A stretch of DNA of 51,245 nucleotides from an archaeon. GTDB lineage: Archaea; Iainarchaeota; Iainarchaeia; Iainarchaeales; 1-14-0-10-31-34. Made by a program: the position numbers and the translations under genes. Numbering within the stretch: position 1 is the stretch's first letter; each line of letters starts with the position of its first letter. The DNA lies in NCBI GenBank assembly GCA_043815885.1, contig JBDRIL010000060.1, positions 1 to 51,245 of the forward strand. The letters are read 5' to 3'. Positions 19,346 through 29,406 of this stretch are shown in pieces. The notes beneath the pieces were generated by a model, which saw only the letters and a program-made list of their open reading frames with translations, searched no databases and was not told where the DNA came from.

Positions 19346-20240
19346 AAAAGAAAAGAGTGAAAAGATTCCTTTTTCCTTTATTCCTCCATCCCTGCTTAAA
19401 AGAATTTCAAAGAGATTTCATGGAATAGGAGCAATAGTGGCAAAGGCATTCCCCTCCCTTACAAGTGATTTGGAGCATGCAGAAATAAATTATTCGGTTG
19501 AAGACTATGGCGCAATAGCAGTAATCCTTGCATTCTTTTACTTTGTTTTATGCAGTATTGTATTCAGTTTAGTTGCTTCAAGGTTTTTTCCTGAAAGAGC
19601 CATCTTAGTTGGGATAACTGCTGGAGGCATTATAGCATTCCTTATACTGATACAGGTAACCATGTATCCAAGGATAAAGGTAAAAAAGAAGGTAAGAGAG
19701 ATAGAGAGGAATTTAGTGTTTGCCTTAAGAACAATGCTTGTACAGATGTCTTCAGGAGTCACGCTATTTGATTCAATGAATATGATTGCAGAAGGAAATT
19801 ATGGCGCCCTTGCAGATGAATTCAAGGAAGCAATAGATGAAATAAATACTGGAACACAGGAAGAAGAAGCACTGCAAAAAATGGCTGACAGGAATCCGTC
19901 ACTTTTTTTCAGGAGAAGCCTGTGGCAGATGGTTAATGGAATGAAGGCAGGGGCAGATGTAAGTGAATTAATGAATGAATTGGTTTCAACAATGATGAGA
20001 GAGGAAACCATCCAGATAAGGCGATATGGGTCGGATTTGAGGATGCTTTCATTAATGTACATGATGATTGGAGTAATTATCCCCGCGTTAGGTTTAACCC
20101 TTCTTATAATGCTTTCATCATTTCCGGTAATAAAATTAGGAGAAATAATGTTTTGGGGGCTGCTCTTTGGAGTGATTATAGGCCAATTCATGTACATGGG
20201 AATCATTAAATCAAAGAGACCAAACCTAATGGAGAGTTGA
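19317..20240 (+). CDS. Type II secretion F-domain membrane platform protein (TadB/C-like); start uncertain
   Basis: 'SG..LFD', 'YG.L..EF', 'GAD' and transmembrane helices, downstream of the ATPase. Confidence 0.85.
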   Translation: MVKKLEKHIKKEKSEKIPFSFIPPSLLKRISKRFHGIGAIVAKAFPSLTSDLEHAEINYSVEDYGAIAVILAFFYFVLCSIVFSLVASRFFPERAILVGITAGGIIAFLILIQVTMYPRIKVKKKVREIERNLVFALRTMLVQMSSGVTLFDSMNMIAEGNYGALADEFKEAIDEINTGTQEEEALQKMADRNPSLFFRRSLWQMVNGMKAGADVSELMNELVSTMMREETIQIRRYGSDLRMLSLMYMMIGVIIPALGLTLLIMLSSFPVIKLGEIMFWGLLFGVIIGQFMYMGIIKSKRPNLMES

Positions 20241-21247
20241 AGAAAAAAATGTATCAAAGAATTGCATCACTTCTTCCAAAAGGAGTAATAGATAAATTCC
20301 GGGAAGAATTAAGTTATCTGGAAATACCGATAGAGGAAAAACGATTTGTTGGATTTGTCTTCATTTATTCACTTGCTTTGAGTTTTGGGATTGCACTGAA
20401 TCTTTTTCTTTTCTTTGGAATTCCAATAATCATATCATTCGTGATATTTTCTCTCTTATTCTTTGGAGGAGTGTATATCTGGCTGAGCATGATGAGTGAA
20501 AGCAAGGGAAAGTTTGTTGAAAAGATTTTGCCTGACGCCCTACAGATGATTGCCTCAAACATCAGGTCAGGACTGACAACAGAAAGGGCATTACTTGCTT
20601 CAGCCAGACCTGAATTCGGAATACTGGAAAAGGAATTAAAAAGAGCCAGTAAAAAAATAATGGCCGGAGAGCGAATAGAAATAGCCTTAATGGACATGCC
20701 TGAAAGAATCCGTTCAAAGACATTAGAGAGAACTATATGGCTTATCTCCAAAGGAATTCGTTCAGGAGGAAAGATAGCTGATTTACTGATGAAACTGTCC
20801 GATGACTTGAGGGAACAGAATGCATTGCAGCAGGAAACAAAGGCAAATATCTCTATTTATGTAATGCTTATCCTTTTTTCTTCAATGGCTGGAGCGCCAG
20901 TGCTTTTCGGGATTTCTACTTTTATTGTTCAGGCACTGTACAAGCACATGAGTGATGTTCCTTCGTTTGACCCATCACTATCTGAACAAAGTTCAATGAA
21001 TATCCCTATTGCTGGCTCACTGCTTATGGGAGAGAGGAATCCGATTGAACCAGAGTTTGCGATAATGTTTGCAATGGTCATTATGTTCTTTGGTTCAATT
21101 TTTGCTGCCCTGACAATAGGAGTAATAAACGCAGGAAAGGAATTAGAGGGAATAAGATACATTCTACCTATACTGCTTGGGAGCTTTGCAATATTCTTTG
21201 CTGTAAGATTCATGCTTTTATTTATGTTTGGATCACTAATTCAGTAA
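20237..21247 (+). CDS. Type II secretion F-domain membrane platform protein (TadC-like)
   Basis: 'LPDALQMIASNIRSG.T.ERAL...ARPEFG.L', 'SGG'. Confidence 0.88.
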   Translation: MKKKMYQRIASLLPKGVIDKFREELSYLEIPIEEKRFVGFVFIYSLALSFGIALNLFLFFGIPIIISFVIFSLLFFGGVYIWLSMMSESKGKFVEKILPDALQMIASNIRSGLTTERALLASARPEFGILEKELKRASKKIMAGERIEIALMDMPERIRSKTLERTIWLISKGIRSGGKIADLLMKLSDDLREQNALQQETKANISIYVMLILFSSMAGAPVLFGISTFIVQALYKHMSDVPSFDPSLSEQSSMNIPIAGSLLMGERNPIEPEFAIMFAMVIMFFGSIFAALTIGVINAGKELEGIRYILPILLGSFAIFFAVRFMLLFMFGSLIQ

Positions 21248-21279
21248 TCCATTAAAATAAAAAATCCATTAAAATAAAA
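21246..21279. repeat. Perfect 17-bp tandem duplication (AATCCATTAAAATAAAA x2)
   Basis: Read directly, between convergent genes. Confidence 0.85.
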
Positions 21280-21308
21280 AAAAGAAAAAAGAAAAGAAGT
21301 CAAAGGAA

Positions 21309-21776
21309 TTAAACTGTTCCAGTGCATGTTGAAGTATGACTTCTTGAACTTCCGTATTGGTCTGTGTAGGTTAGAGTGAATGTAAATCTATAGGATTGGC
21401 CTGAAGCATTGCCTGGGTGTTCAGCTGGACTAAACACTAGAGTATTCTGGTCTCCTGCTGTCAGTGCTGAGAAACCAGCAGCTGGCTGTCCGTCTGCATT
21501 TGTTAATGGTATTATTATGTTACCAATTGTTCCTTCGACTGCCATGGCATAATTGTTCATTGCTCCGCCTGTTCCGTTAGAAATTCTGATTGATAGGTTA
21601 GCGTCTGAGTTTACCTTGTGTGTTACGACTGGAATTAAGGTGGAGAAGTTTCCGCAGCTGTTTGAAGTGGGTGTTCCAACCAAAATGTATAGGACTGCAA
21701 TTATCACTATAATTACAACTAGTGCCCATCCGTAAGTCATCAGGTATTCCAATGCTGATTGTGCTTTGTTATTCAT
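21309..21776 (-). CDS. Probable major type IV pilin
   Basis: 'MNNKA/QSALEYLMTYGWA' class III signal; one Cys pair. Confidence 0.88.
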   Translation of the reverse strand: MNNKAQSALEYLMTYGWALVVIIVIIAVLYILVGTPTSNSCGNFSTLIPVVTHKVNSDANLSIRISNGTGGAMNNYAMAVEGTIGNIIIPLTNADGQPAAGFSALTAGDQNTLVFSPAEHPGNASGQSYRFTFTLTYTDQYGSSRSHTSTCTGTV

Positions 21777-21919
21777 TTTTCAACCTCCATTAAATTATTT
21801 TTAAAAAGAATATCTTTTTCATATGATAAAGCACTATTCATATTTAAATGTTTTGCGGTTTAGGAAAGCAAAAGAAGAAAATTATAAGAAAAAAATTAAT
21901 TAATTGCTTAATTTGAGTG

Positions 21920-21955
21920 ATAACTTTATTAAATAAAATAACTTTATTAAATAAA
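21920..21955. repeat. Perfect 18-bp tandem duplication (ATAACTTTATTAAATAAA x2) in a divergent promoter region
   Basis: Read directly; each copy contains a TATA-like TTTATTAA. Confidence 0.85.
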
Positions 21956-21990
21956 GTAAGACAATTAATTACAGGCAAAGTGGTTTTTTT

Positions 21991-22686
21991 ATGGTAGAGA
22001 TTCCTAGAACACGTACTGGAGTTCCTGGATTGGATGAATTAATGGATGGAGGAATTCCAAGGGGAAATCTGGTTGTACTGGCAGGAGACCCTGGAAGTGG
22101 GAAAAGCTGTCTGTGTCTGTCTTATCTCTATCAAGGGGTAACAAAGTACGATGAACCAGGAATCTATATTTCCTTGGAGGAATCAGTTGATGAAATCGTT
22201 AGGGATGGAAAACAGTTTGGATGGGACTTCAAGAAATTAATGAAAGAAAAAAGGATATTGATTGAAACAGTAGAGCTTTATGACTTTGATAAATTAAAGA
22301 ATTTAATTGAAGATTCAATTCAGGTAATTGAAGCAAAGAGACTGGTGATTGATCCCGGGGTTATATTCAGGTTGTACTTTGAAAGAGAGCTTGATGCAAG
22401 GAAAAGGATAATGAGTCTTGGAAAGATGCTTAAACTGATTGACTGCACAACGATAATTACAAATGAAATAAATCTTGATAAGACAAGGAGTCTGTTTGGT
22501 TTGGAGGAATATGTGGCAGATGGAGTGATTCTATTGTACCACACAAAGATAGAGAACAGGTTTGTGAGAAGCGTTGGAGTACTCAAGATGAGGGGAACAA
22601 AAATTTCAGAAAAACTGCATCCAATAGTTATTTCCTCCACGGGAGTGAAGATACTTGCAAAACAGGAATTATTTGAGGAATTCTGA
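21991..22686 (+). CDS. KaiC/RAD55-family ATPase
   Basis: 'TGVPGLDELM.GG.P', Walker A 'GDPGSGKS', 'EEYVADGVI', 'KMRGT'. Confidence 0.9.
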   Translation: MVEIPRTRTGVPGLDELMDGGIPRGNLVVLAGDPGSGKSCLCLSYLYQGVTKYDEPGIYISLEESVDEIVRDGKQFGWDFKKLMKEKRILIETVELYDFDKLKNLIEDSIQVIEAKRLVIDPGVIFRLYFERELDARKRIMSLGKMLKLIDCTTIITNEINLDKTRSLFGLEEYVADGVILLYHTKIENRFVRSVGVLKMRGTKISEKLHPIVISSTGVKILAKQELFEEF

Positions 22687-23385
22687 ATGAAGAATAAAAA
22701 GAAGAGAAAAGAAAGAGCAATAAAGAAAATGAAAAGAGTAAGCAAGAGAATCGTGGAAACAGACATAAAGAAGGAATTGATTCCCGAGAGCGAGATAAAG
22801 GAATTGCTTTCTCCAAGAAGAGCTATTGACTTAAAGATAATGCAGAGCCTGGAGGGATTGCCTAAAACACATTTTACTACCCTGTTATTGGTTGAACCGA
22901 CTTCCTACAGCAAGATAAACATTGAATTAATCAGGATTTTCTGCAAGGAACACGTTCAAGGAATCTATGTTACACTAAATAGGTCGTTTCTCTTTCTGAA
23001 TGAATTGTTTCAGTCAGAGGGAATCAATATCGACAACATGAAATTCATTGACGCAATCACAAAGGTTACTGGAAGGAAAGAAGTAAAGGCAGAGAACCTT
23101 GTGTACGTGGAATCCCCAAACAATTTAGTTGAATTGAGTGTTGAAATAGACGAGGCAATAAAATCAGTCAAGGAAAAACCTGCATTCCTTATATTTGATT
23201 CAATTTCCACTCTGCTTATCTATAATGAAATTGGGTCCTGCGAGAAATTCATTCACTTGGTGATAGGGAAACTGCAGGAATCAAAACTGAAGGGAATCTT
23301 TTTAATGGTTAAATCAGATGAAATGAAAGGCATAATAAATACCTTAAGCCAGTTCTGTGACAAGACAATAGAGATATCGTTTTAG
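22687..23385 (+). CDS. Degenerate KaiC/RecA-fold protein (no Walker A)
   Basis: 'IYVTLN', 'FIDAI', 'IFDSISTLLIYN', 'FCD'. Confidence 0.7.
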   Translation: MKNKKKRKERAIKKMKRVSKRIVETDIKKELIPESEIKELLSPRRAIDLKIMQSLEGLPKTHFTTLLLVEPTSYSKINIELIRIFCKEHVQGIYVTLNRSFLFLNELFQSEGINIDNMKFIDAITKVTGRKEVKAENLVYVESPNNLVELSVEIDEAIKSVKEKPAFLIFDSISTLLIYNEIGSCEKFIHLVIGKLQESKLKGIFLMVKSDEMKGIINTLSQFCDKTIEISF

Positions 23386-23954
23386 AACAGGAAAGGCTTT
23401 GAGTCAAGTGAAAAATAGTCTGCTTCTTTTTTTACCTTGAAATGACAGTCCATTGAATGGATTATGTTTTCCATAACCCCTTTGTCATGGATTCCTTCTT
23501 TAATGGTGTAAATGATTGAATTGCCTCTTGCCTTTATCCTCCTGTTTTCATAGAAAAGAAAATGATAGAGTGCATTTGGGGGATTGAAGTGAATCAGGGT
23601 GGAGAGAGAATCAAAAATAAGGATTTTTCTTTCTTTTTTTGACTGGAGTGAATCAATCAGGGAAGAGAGTTGATGAAGAGAGTTAAGGGAAGAAATTAAT
23701 TTTGGGGAGTTGGAAAGGTTTACTACAGTAGAGTAAAGGTCAACTAAATTCAATTTATCTGAATTGAATTTATTTAAATCCAGTCCGATTCCTTCTGCTT
23801 TTTTTCTTAATTCCTGAATGCTTGAATCAGTTGAGATGAATGCAACAGGGCAGTGGGAGAGAAATTCTTTCATTAAATTCAAGCAGAATTCATTGGATTC
23901 TTCAGGATGGGCGCTTAAAAGAATTGTTTTTGAGTTAAGGTTCATTGGATTCAT
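23382..23954 (-). CDS. Degenerate KaiC/RAD55-like protein
   Basis: 'FISTD', 'VDLYS', 'IFDSLSTL', 'G.HD......H.MD'; Walker A lost. Confidence 0.7.
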   Translation of the reverse strand: MNPMNLNSKTILLSAHPEESNEFCLNLMKEFLSHCPVAFISTDSSIQELRKKAEGIGLDLNKFNSDKLNLVDLYSTVVNLSNSPKLISSLNSLHQLSSLIDSLQSKKERKILIFDSLSTLIHFNPPNALYHFLFYENRRIKARGNSIIYTIKEGIHDKGVMENIIHSMDCHFKVKKEADYFSLDSKPFLF

Positions 23955-25303
23955 TTTTTATTTCTCTCAAAAAATGGTTTAATTGAAATTGGTTGTTTTG
24001 CGATTGAGGAGGACTTTGATTCAATTGAATGCACTAAAAGAGTTGTTTCCTCCATTACCCGCTCTTTTTTCTTTCTTTCTTCAATTAAAGTACTCTTCTT
24101 GTTTAACAGTTCTTTTTCAAGTGAAGAGATTGCTTCCTCAAGAGACTTAATCTTGGAGGAAAGGGAAGAAGTTTTCAGTTCCTTTTCTGCTTCAAGGAAT
24201 TCTTTTTCAATTGAATTAAACTCCCAGAAAACCTTGTCAAAGAAGTCAAGGGAAAGAAGCCTTTCAATTTCAGTCAATTTTTTTTCCTTTTCTTTTTCCT
24301 TTAAAGTAATGGAATTATCATTAATCAACTGCTTTAAGAATGAAAGAATTTTTTTAAGGCCAACTCCTTTTGGGTCGCGCTTCAATGCAAGAAAGGGATC
24401 CTTCAAATAAGAATTCAGCAGTATTTCTTCCTCCTTATCCAGAACGAATTGCCTTGATTCAACTAATTTCAGGAATCTCTTCAATGGCTTTTCTATAGGG
24501 GAAAAGGTCTGCATTAAATCTGTCTTTAAATCCTGCTTTTTCTGCGTCAATGCATTCTTTTCTTCAATTAATTTATTGTAGGAAGAAGCTTCGCTTGAAT
24601 TCTTCAGTGAGGAGAGTTCCTTTTTCTTTTCCTCCATTTTTTCTTCAAGAGAAGAAATCTCTCCCTTCAAATAATTAATTGCATTTTTTACTGAATCGAG
24701 TTCACTGATTTTTGATTCAGTCTTTTTTATGCTGGATTTAACCTCTGGAAAAACAAAGAATGATTCATTTGATTCAAACAATTCCTTCAGGGAAGTGAAA
24801 GTGGAATTTAATTCCTTTACCTTTTCCCCTATTACCTTTACTGGCTCCTTTAAGATTATTCCAGTATACACAATGCTCTTCCCGAATGAATTGATTTCCT
24901 CTCCAATCAATTTACATGAATTAAATGAATACCCCTTTAATTCCTTGAAGTCAGTTGAAGAAGGAGGCGACAGTTTTTCTGCAAGGGAAAGCATGTGAGT
25001 GTATAAATTGTTCTTGCTGGTATTGACTATCTTCCTGAGTTTATAGTTACCTTCAGTTGTCTCAACACTTGTTTCCTTTAAATTCTTTAATTCAGCCTTT
25101 AATTCCTTTAACCCTCTCTTTACTTCACTCAGCTTGGAAAAGACATTCTTCTCTAGAGAAGCCGATTCAGAGGAAATCTTTTTCTCAATAAAAGGAATTA
25201 CTTTACTGAACTCCAATTCAATTGGTTCGGGTTTCTTTGGTTCCTCTTTTTTTCCGAATAAACCCTTAAAGATATTAAAAGGAATAGCAATGCCTCCTGA
25301 CAA
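23951..25303 (-). CDS. Long coiled-coil hypothetical protein
   Basis: 450-aa ORF with K/E/L/S heptads. Confidence 0.75.
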   Translation of the reverse strand: MSGGIAIPFNIFKGLFGKKEEPKKPEPIELEFSKVIPFIEKKISSESASLEKNVFSKLSEVKRGLKELKAELKNLKETSVETTEGNYKLRKIVNTSKNNLYTHMLSLAEKLSPPSSTDFKELKGYSFNSCKLIGEEINSFGKSIVYTGIILKEPVKVIGEKVKELNSTFTSLKELFESNESFFVFPEVKSSIKKTESKISELDSVKNAINYLKGEISSLEEKMEEKKKELSSLKNSSEASSYNKLIEEKNALTQKKQDLKTDLMQTFSPIEKPLKRFLKLVESRQFVLDKEEEILLNSYLKDPFLALKRDPKGVGLKKILSFLKQLINDNSITLKEKEKEKKLTEIERLLSLDFFDKVFWEFNSIEKEFLEAEKELKTSSLSSKIKSLEEAISSLEKELLNKKSTLIEERKKKERVMEETTLLVHSIESKSSSIAKQPISIKPFFERNKK

Positions 25304-25403
25304 AATACATTTTAGGGGGAAAGAAAATAAAAACCAATTGCGATTTCAAGGGAAATGCACTCTCTGAATAGTTTAATAACCCTTTTTTTGGAAAGAGTTT
25401 TTT

Positions 25404-26795
25404 ATGAAAGAAAAAATGAGGGAAATAATTGAATGGATTAAGGGAAGGAATGAATTGACTGTTGTAGGGCATATTGATGCAGACGGATTGTGCGCTACAG
25501 CAGTAATGCTCAAGGCGCTGGAAAGAGAGGAAAAAAAAACTTCTTTCAAGAATTTAAGGCAGTTGTATCCAAAAGAAATAAAGGAATTAAGGGAAAAAAA
25601 GAAATTCTTTGTCTTTGTTGATTTTGGTTCAGGGCAAATGGATTTGCTTAAAAAGGAATTAAGGGAAGGAGAGTTTGCAGTAATCGACCACCATCAGCCG
25701 ATTGAAGGAGAAGAATACTCGCTTCACTTGAATCCGTTCTTTTATGGAATGGACGGAGGAAGAGAGGTAAGCGGAGCGGGAATGAGTTATTTATTGGCGA
25801 GAGAAATGAATAAGGAAAACAGGGATTTATCGGTAATGGCAGTAGTAGGAGCAATAGGAGACATGCAGGAAGGAGTGGAAGGATTGAGTGGAATGAATAA
25901 GGAGATACTGGAGGAAGCAGTGAAAGAAGGCCTGGTGAAAAAGGAGAAAAGCCTAAAAATGTTTGGAAGAGTAAGCCGCCCGCTTGTACAGTTCCTGTTG
26001 TTTTCCACTAATCCTATTCTTCCGGAATTAACTGCAAACGAGGAAAACTGCATAAAGTTTTTGAAGGAGAATGGAATTGAGTTAAGGGAAGGAAAGAGTT
26101 GGAGGAGTTACGAGGATTTGGGTGAAGAGGAAAAAAAGAGGCTGGCCTCTGCTTTAATAATTCACTTGATTCAGAATGGATTCAGTGAAAGAAAGGCAAA
26201 TGAATTGATTGGAGAGGTTTACACTTTAGTAAAGGAAGAATTAAAGAGTCCTTTAAGGGATGCCAAGGAATTTTCCACGCTCTTGAATGCCTGTGGAAGA
26301 CACTCGATGGGTGAAATTGGAGTAAAGGTTTGTTTGGGTGATAGAGGGGAATACTATAGAAAGGCACTGAATTTGTTGCTGGAACACAGAAAACAATTAA
26401 GGGAGGGACTGGAATTAATTGAAAGGAATGGATTGGCGGAAGAGAGGGGATTTTATTACTTTGATGCAGGGAATGCCGTGAAAGAGGAATTAGTGGGAGT
26501 GATTGCTGGAATGCTTTACGGTTCAAGGATTGAATTAAGGGATAAGCCAATTATTGCTTTTGCAAGAGAGAGGGAAGGAAAAGGATTGAAGGTAAGCGGC
26601 AGAGCAACAAATGAACTTGCTGAAAAAGGAATTAATTTAGGAAAGATTTTGAGGGAAGTGTGTGGTGAATTAAGTGAGGAAAGTGTTGGCGGAGGCCACA
26701 AACAGGCAGCAGGAGCAAAAATAAAGGAAGAAGAAAAAAAGGAATTCCTAAGGTTATTGAATGAAAAAATAAGGGAATACAGAAAGGATTATTAA
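25404..26795 (+). CDS. RecJ-like DHH/DHHA1 phosphoesterase
   Basis: 'HIDADG', 'FVDFGSG', 'IDHH', 'GAIGDMQ', 'LLNACGR', 'GGGH..AAGA'. Confidence 0.92.
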   Translation: MKEKMREIIEWIKGRNELTVVGHIDADGLCATAVMLKALEREEKKTSFKNLRQLYPKEIKELREKKKFFVFVDFGSGQMDLLKKELREGEFAVIDHHQPIEGEEYSLHLNPFFYGMDGGREVSGAGMSYLLAREMNKENRDLSVMAVVGAIGDMQEGVEGLSGMNKEILEEAVKEGLVKKEKSLKMFGRVSRPLVQFLLFSTNPILPELTANEENCIKFLKENGIELREGKSWRSYEDLGEEEKKRLASALIIHLIQNGFSERKANELIGEVYTLVKEELKSPLRDAKEFSTLLNACGRHSMGEIGVKVCLGDRGEYYRKALNLLLEHRKQLREGLELIERNGLAEERGFYYFDAGNAVKEELVGVIAGMLYGSRIELRDKPIIAFAREREGKGLKVSGRATNELAEKGINLGKILREVCGELSEESVGGGHKQAAGAKIKEEEKKEFLRLLNEKIREYRKDY

Positions 26796-26852
26796 ATAGA
26801 AGAACTAATTCTATTTAATTGAATTAATTTTTGGAAAAGGAGGGCATAAATT

Positions 26853-26978
26853 ATGGAAAAAATGTCGCCGGAAAAAAAGAAATTATTTTTCTTTGGATTG
26901 TTTGGTTTAGTGGTTGGAATGGTGGCAGGATTTGGAGCAGCAATGATATTCTATCTGCCCAGATGTATTTGCTTCTAG
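26853..26978 (+). CDS. 41-aa single-TM protein (absent from the ORF track)
   Basis: GGAGG upstream; MEKMSPEKKKLFFFGLFGLVVGMVAGFGAAMIFYLPRCICF*. Confidence 0.6.
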   Translation: MEKMSPEKKKLFFFGLFGLVVGMVAGFGAAMIFYLPRCICF

Positions 26979-28363
26979 AAGCCGGCTCTGACTGACTTGA
27001 ATTTTTCCAGTGTCTTCCTGAATACTTTTTTTATTTCTTCAAGTGCTTCCGGGTTTTTGGCTTCAAACCTGAGCACTAAGGCAGGCTGGGTATTTGAGGC
27101 TCTCACTAAACCCCATCCATCTTTGAATAAGACTCTTGCTCCGTCAATGTCAATTACCTTGAATTTCTGCTTGAATTCCTTTACCAGTTCTTCTACTATC
27201 TTGAATTTCTCTTTGTCTCCACAGTAAACCCTTATTTCAGGAGAAGAATAATAGAGTGGAATGGTTGAAAGCATTTCAGAAAGCGGAAAAGATGAATGAG
27301 AGAGAATAGAGAGAAATCTGCATGCAGCATAGAATCCATCATCAAAACCATGCCAGTCATCAGCAAAATAAATGTGCCCAGACATTTCCCCCCCAACAAG
27401 AATTTTTTCTTTCCTCATTTTTTCCTTTATATTTGTGTGCCCTGTCTTATCCATTACAGGAATTCCCTTGTGGGACTTAATGTCATCAATCAATGCCTGA
27501 GAGCATTTAACATCAAAGAGGATTCTTGAATTAGGCTTTTTTTTAAGGAAGTCCCTTGCAAAGAATAAAAGGAGCTTGTCTGCCTCAATCCTTTCGCCTT
27601 TCTCTGAAACTACCCCCAGCCTATCACAGTCTCCATCAAAAGCTATCCCTAAATCAGCGTGTTCTGCCTTAACCCATGAAATCAGGTCAACGACATTTTC
27701 ATCAACTGTTGGATCAGGAAGATGATTAGGGAAGGTTCCGTCCAATTCAGTGTAGAGTTCAACTACCTCACATCCCAATTTACGGAATGCCTTTGGAGCA
27801 ATCAATCCAGCCAAACCATTCCCTGCATCCACTACAATCCTCAATTTTTTTGGGAGATCAAACTTCTTCACTAATTCCTTAAAGTAATCCTCTGTAATGT
27901 TTTTTTCCTCTGTTTTTCCCTCTCCCTTTGAAAAGGAATTGGCTTCAAGTATCTTTCTTATTTCCTGGATTTTTTCTCCGGCAATTGCTGCTCCTTTAGA
28001 GGCAGAAAGCTTTAATCCATTGTATTCGGAAGGATTATGTGAAGCAGTAAGCATTACTCCTCCAGAGGCATTCAGTTTTACTACTGCATAGTAATTTAAT
28101 GGAGTGGGGGTTAAACCTAAATCAATTACATTTATTCCAGTGGAAGTAATTCCCTTGATTAATGCCTTGGAGAAGGATTCAGAAGAAGTCCTGTTGTCCC
28201 TTCCAATGATTAAAGTTTTTTTTCCGAAAGAGAGAAGTGATTTTTTCTGCTGGAAGAATGTTCCAATGGCTTTTCCGATTAATTCCATTGCCTCTTCATT
28301 CAAGTCAATGCCTACTTTTCCCCGTATATCATATTCCCGGAAGATTAATGGATTCACTTTCAT
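26975..28363 (-). CDS. Phosphomannomutase/phosphoglucomutase (AlgC-like)
   Basis: 'IFREYDIRG', 'TASHNP', 'DGDCDR', 'GEMSGH', 'RASNTQP'. Confidence 0.95.
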   Translation of the reverse strand: MKVNPLIFREYDIRGKVGIDLNEEAMELIGKAIGTFFQQKKSLLSFGKKTLIIGRDNRTSSESFSKALIKGITSTGINVIDLGLTPTPLNYYAVVKLNASGGVMLTASHNPSEYNGLKLSASKGAAIAGEKIQEIRKILEANSFSKGEGKTEEKNITEDYFKELVKKFDLPKKLRIVVDAGNGLAGLIAPKAFRKLGCEVVELYTELDGTFPNHLPDPTVDENVVDLISWVKAEHADLGIAFDGDCDRLGVVSEKGERIEADKLLLFFARDFLKKKPNSRILFDVKCSQALIDDIKSHKGIPVMDKTGHTNIKEKMRKEKILVGGEMSGHIYFADDWHGFDDGFYAACRFLSILSHSSFPLSEMLSTIPLYYSSPEIRVYCGDKEKFKIVEELVKEFKQKFKVIDIDGARVLFKDGWGLVRASNTQPALVLRFEAKNPEALEEIKKVFRKTLEKFKSVRAGF

Positions 28364-28407
28364 AAAAAAACCTTAAAGTTATTAAGGAGAAAGTAATTAA
28401 AGAATTA

Positions 28408-29406
28408 ATGCATATGAAGGAAGTCAATGAATTCAGGAAAGACTATCTGCTTAATGAATGGACAACTGTAGTGAGCAAAAGAGCAAAAAGGCCTTCAGAC
28501 ATAAAGAAGGCTTCAGACAAAAAAGTGAAGAGAAAAGGAGTTGATAAAAGCTGTCCTTTTTGTCCGGGAAATGAATTCATGACTCCGCCTGAATCTCATA
28601 GAATTGAAAGAAAAGGAAAATGGAGCATGAGGGTTGTTGGAAACAAGTACTCGGCATTAGGAATGGAAAAAAAATTCTTCAGCGAAAGGAAAGGAATTTA
28701 TTGGAGGAAAGGAGCGCATGGAATTCACGAGGTAGTGATTGAAACCCCCTCCCACTCAAAGGATTTAGCTGATTTAAGTGAAAAAGAGATAAGTGAATTA
28801 TTCAGAGTGTTCAAGGAAAGGACAAGGGAATTAATGAAGAAGAAGGACATTAAATATGTGTTTTGTTTCAAGAACCATGGAAGAGAGTGCGGAACCTCTC
28901 TAGAGCATTCACATTCACAGATAATTGGTTTTCCTTTTATTCCAGGAAGAATTGAAATGGAAATAAATGAAAGCAGGAAGTATTTCAGGAGAGAAAGAAA
29001 ATGTATTTTCTGTGAAGTGGTAAAAAAAGAGGGAAAGAGCAGGAGAAAGGTGAGAGAGAATGAATCATTTATCGCAATAGCGCCATTTGCATCCAAATGG
29101 CCTTACGAGTACTGGGTACTGAGCAAGAAACACAAAAGCAGTCTGAGCGAAATGAGTGAAAAGGAATTAATTGATTTGGGGAAGATAATGAAGTATTTAT
29201 TGAAGAAAATGAAATCAATTCTACATAATCCTGCTTATAATTTTGTACTGCATTGCTCAATGAAGGGAAATGCCTGCTATCACTTCCATATAGAGGTTTA
29301 TCCTAACATAGACAAGAAATGGGGAGGAATAGAAAAAGGAACTGGAGTAATACTGAATGAAGCGCCTCCTGAAATGGCTGCAATGTATCTGGGAGAAAGA
29401 ACTTGA
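28408..29406 (+). CDS. galT: Galactose-1-phosphate uridylyltransferase family protein
   Basis: 'RAKRP', 'CPFCPGNE', 'G.HEV.IETP.H', 'G.SL.HSHSQ'. Confidence 0.9.
   Translation: MHMKEVNEFRKDYLLNEWTTVVSKRAKRPSDIKKASDKKVKRKGVDKSCPFCPGNEFMTPPESHRIERKGKWSMRVVGNKYSALGMEKKFFSERKGIYWRKGAHGIHEVVIETPSHSKDLADLSEKEISELFRVFKERTRELMKKKDIKYVFCFKNHGRECGTSLEHSHSQIIGFPFIPGRIEMEINESRKYFRRERKCIFCEVVKKEGKSRRKVRENESFIAIAPFASKWPYEYWVLSKKHKSSLSEMSEKELIDLGKIMKYLLKKMKSILHNPAYNFVLHCSMKGNACYHFHIEVYPNIDKKWGGIEKGTGVILNEAPPEMAAMYLGERT

Noticed and set aside
16229-21247. Archaellum (arl/fla) operon
   Set aside because: No archaellin or ArlF/G/J-like genes are evident. Two TadB/C-like genes plus class III pilins fit a type IV pilus.
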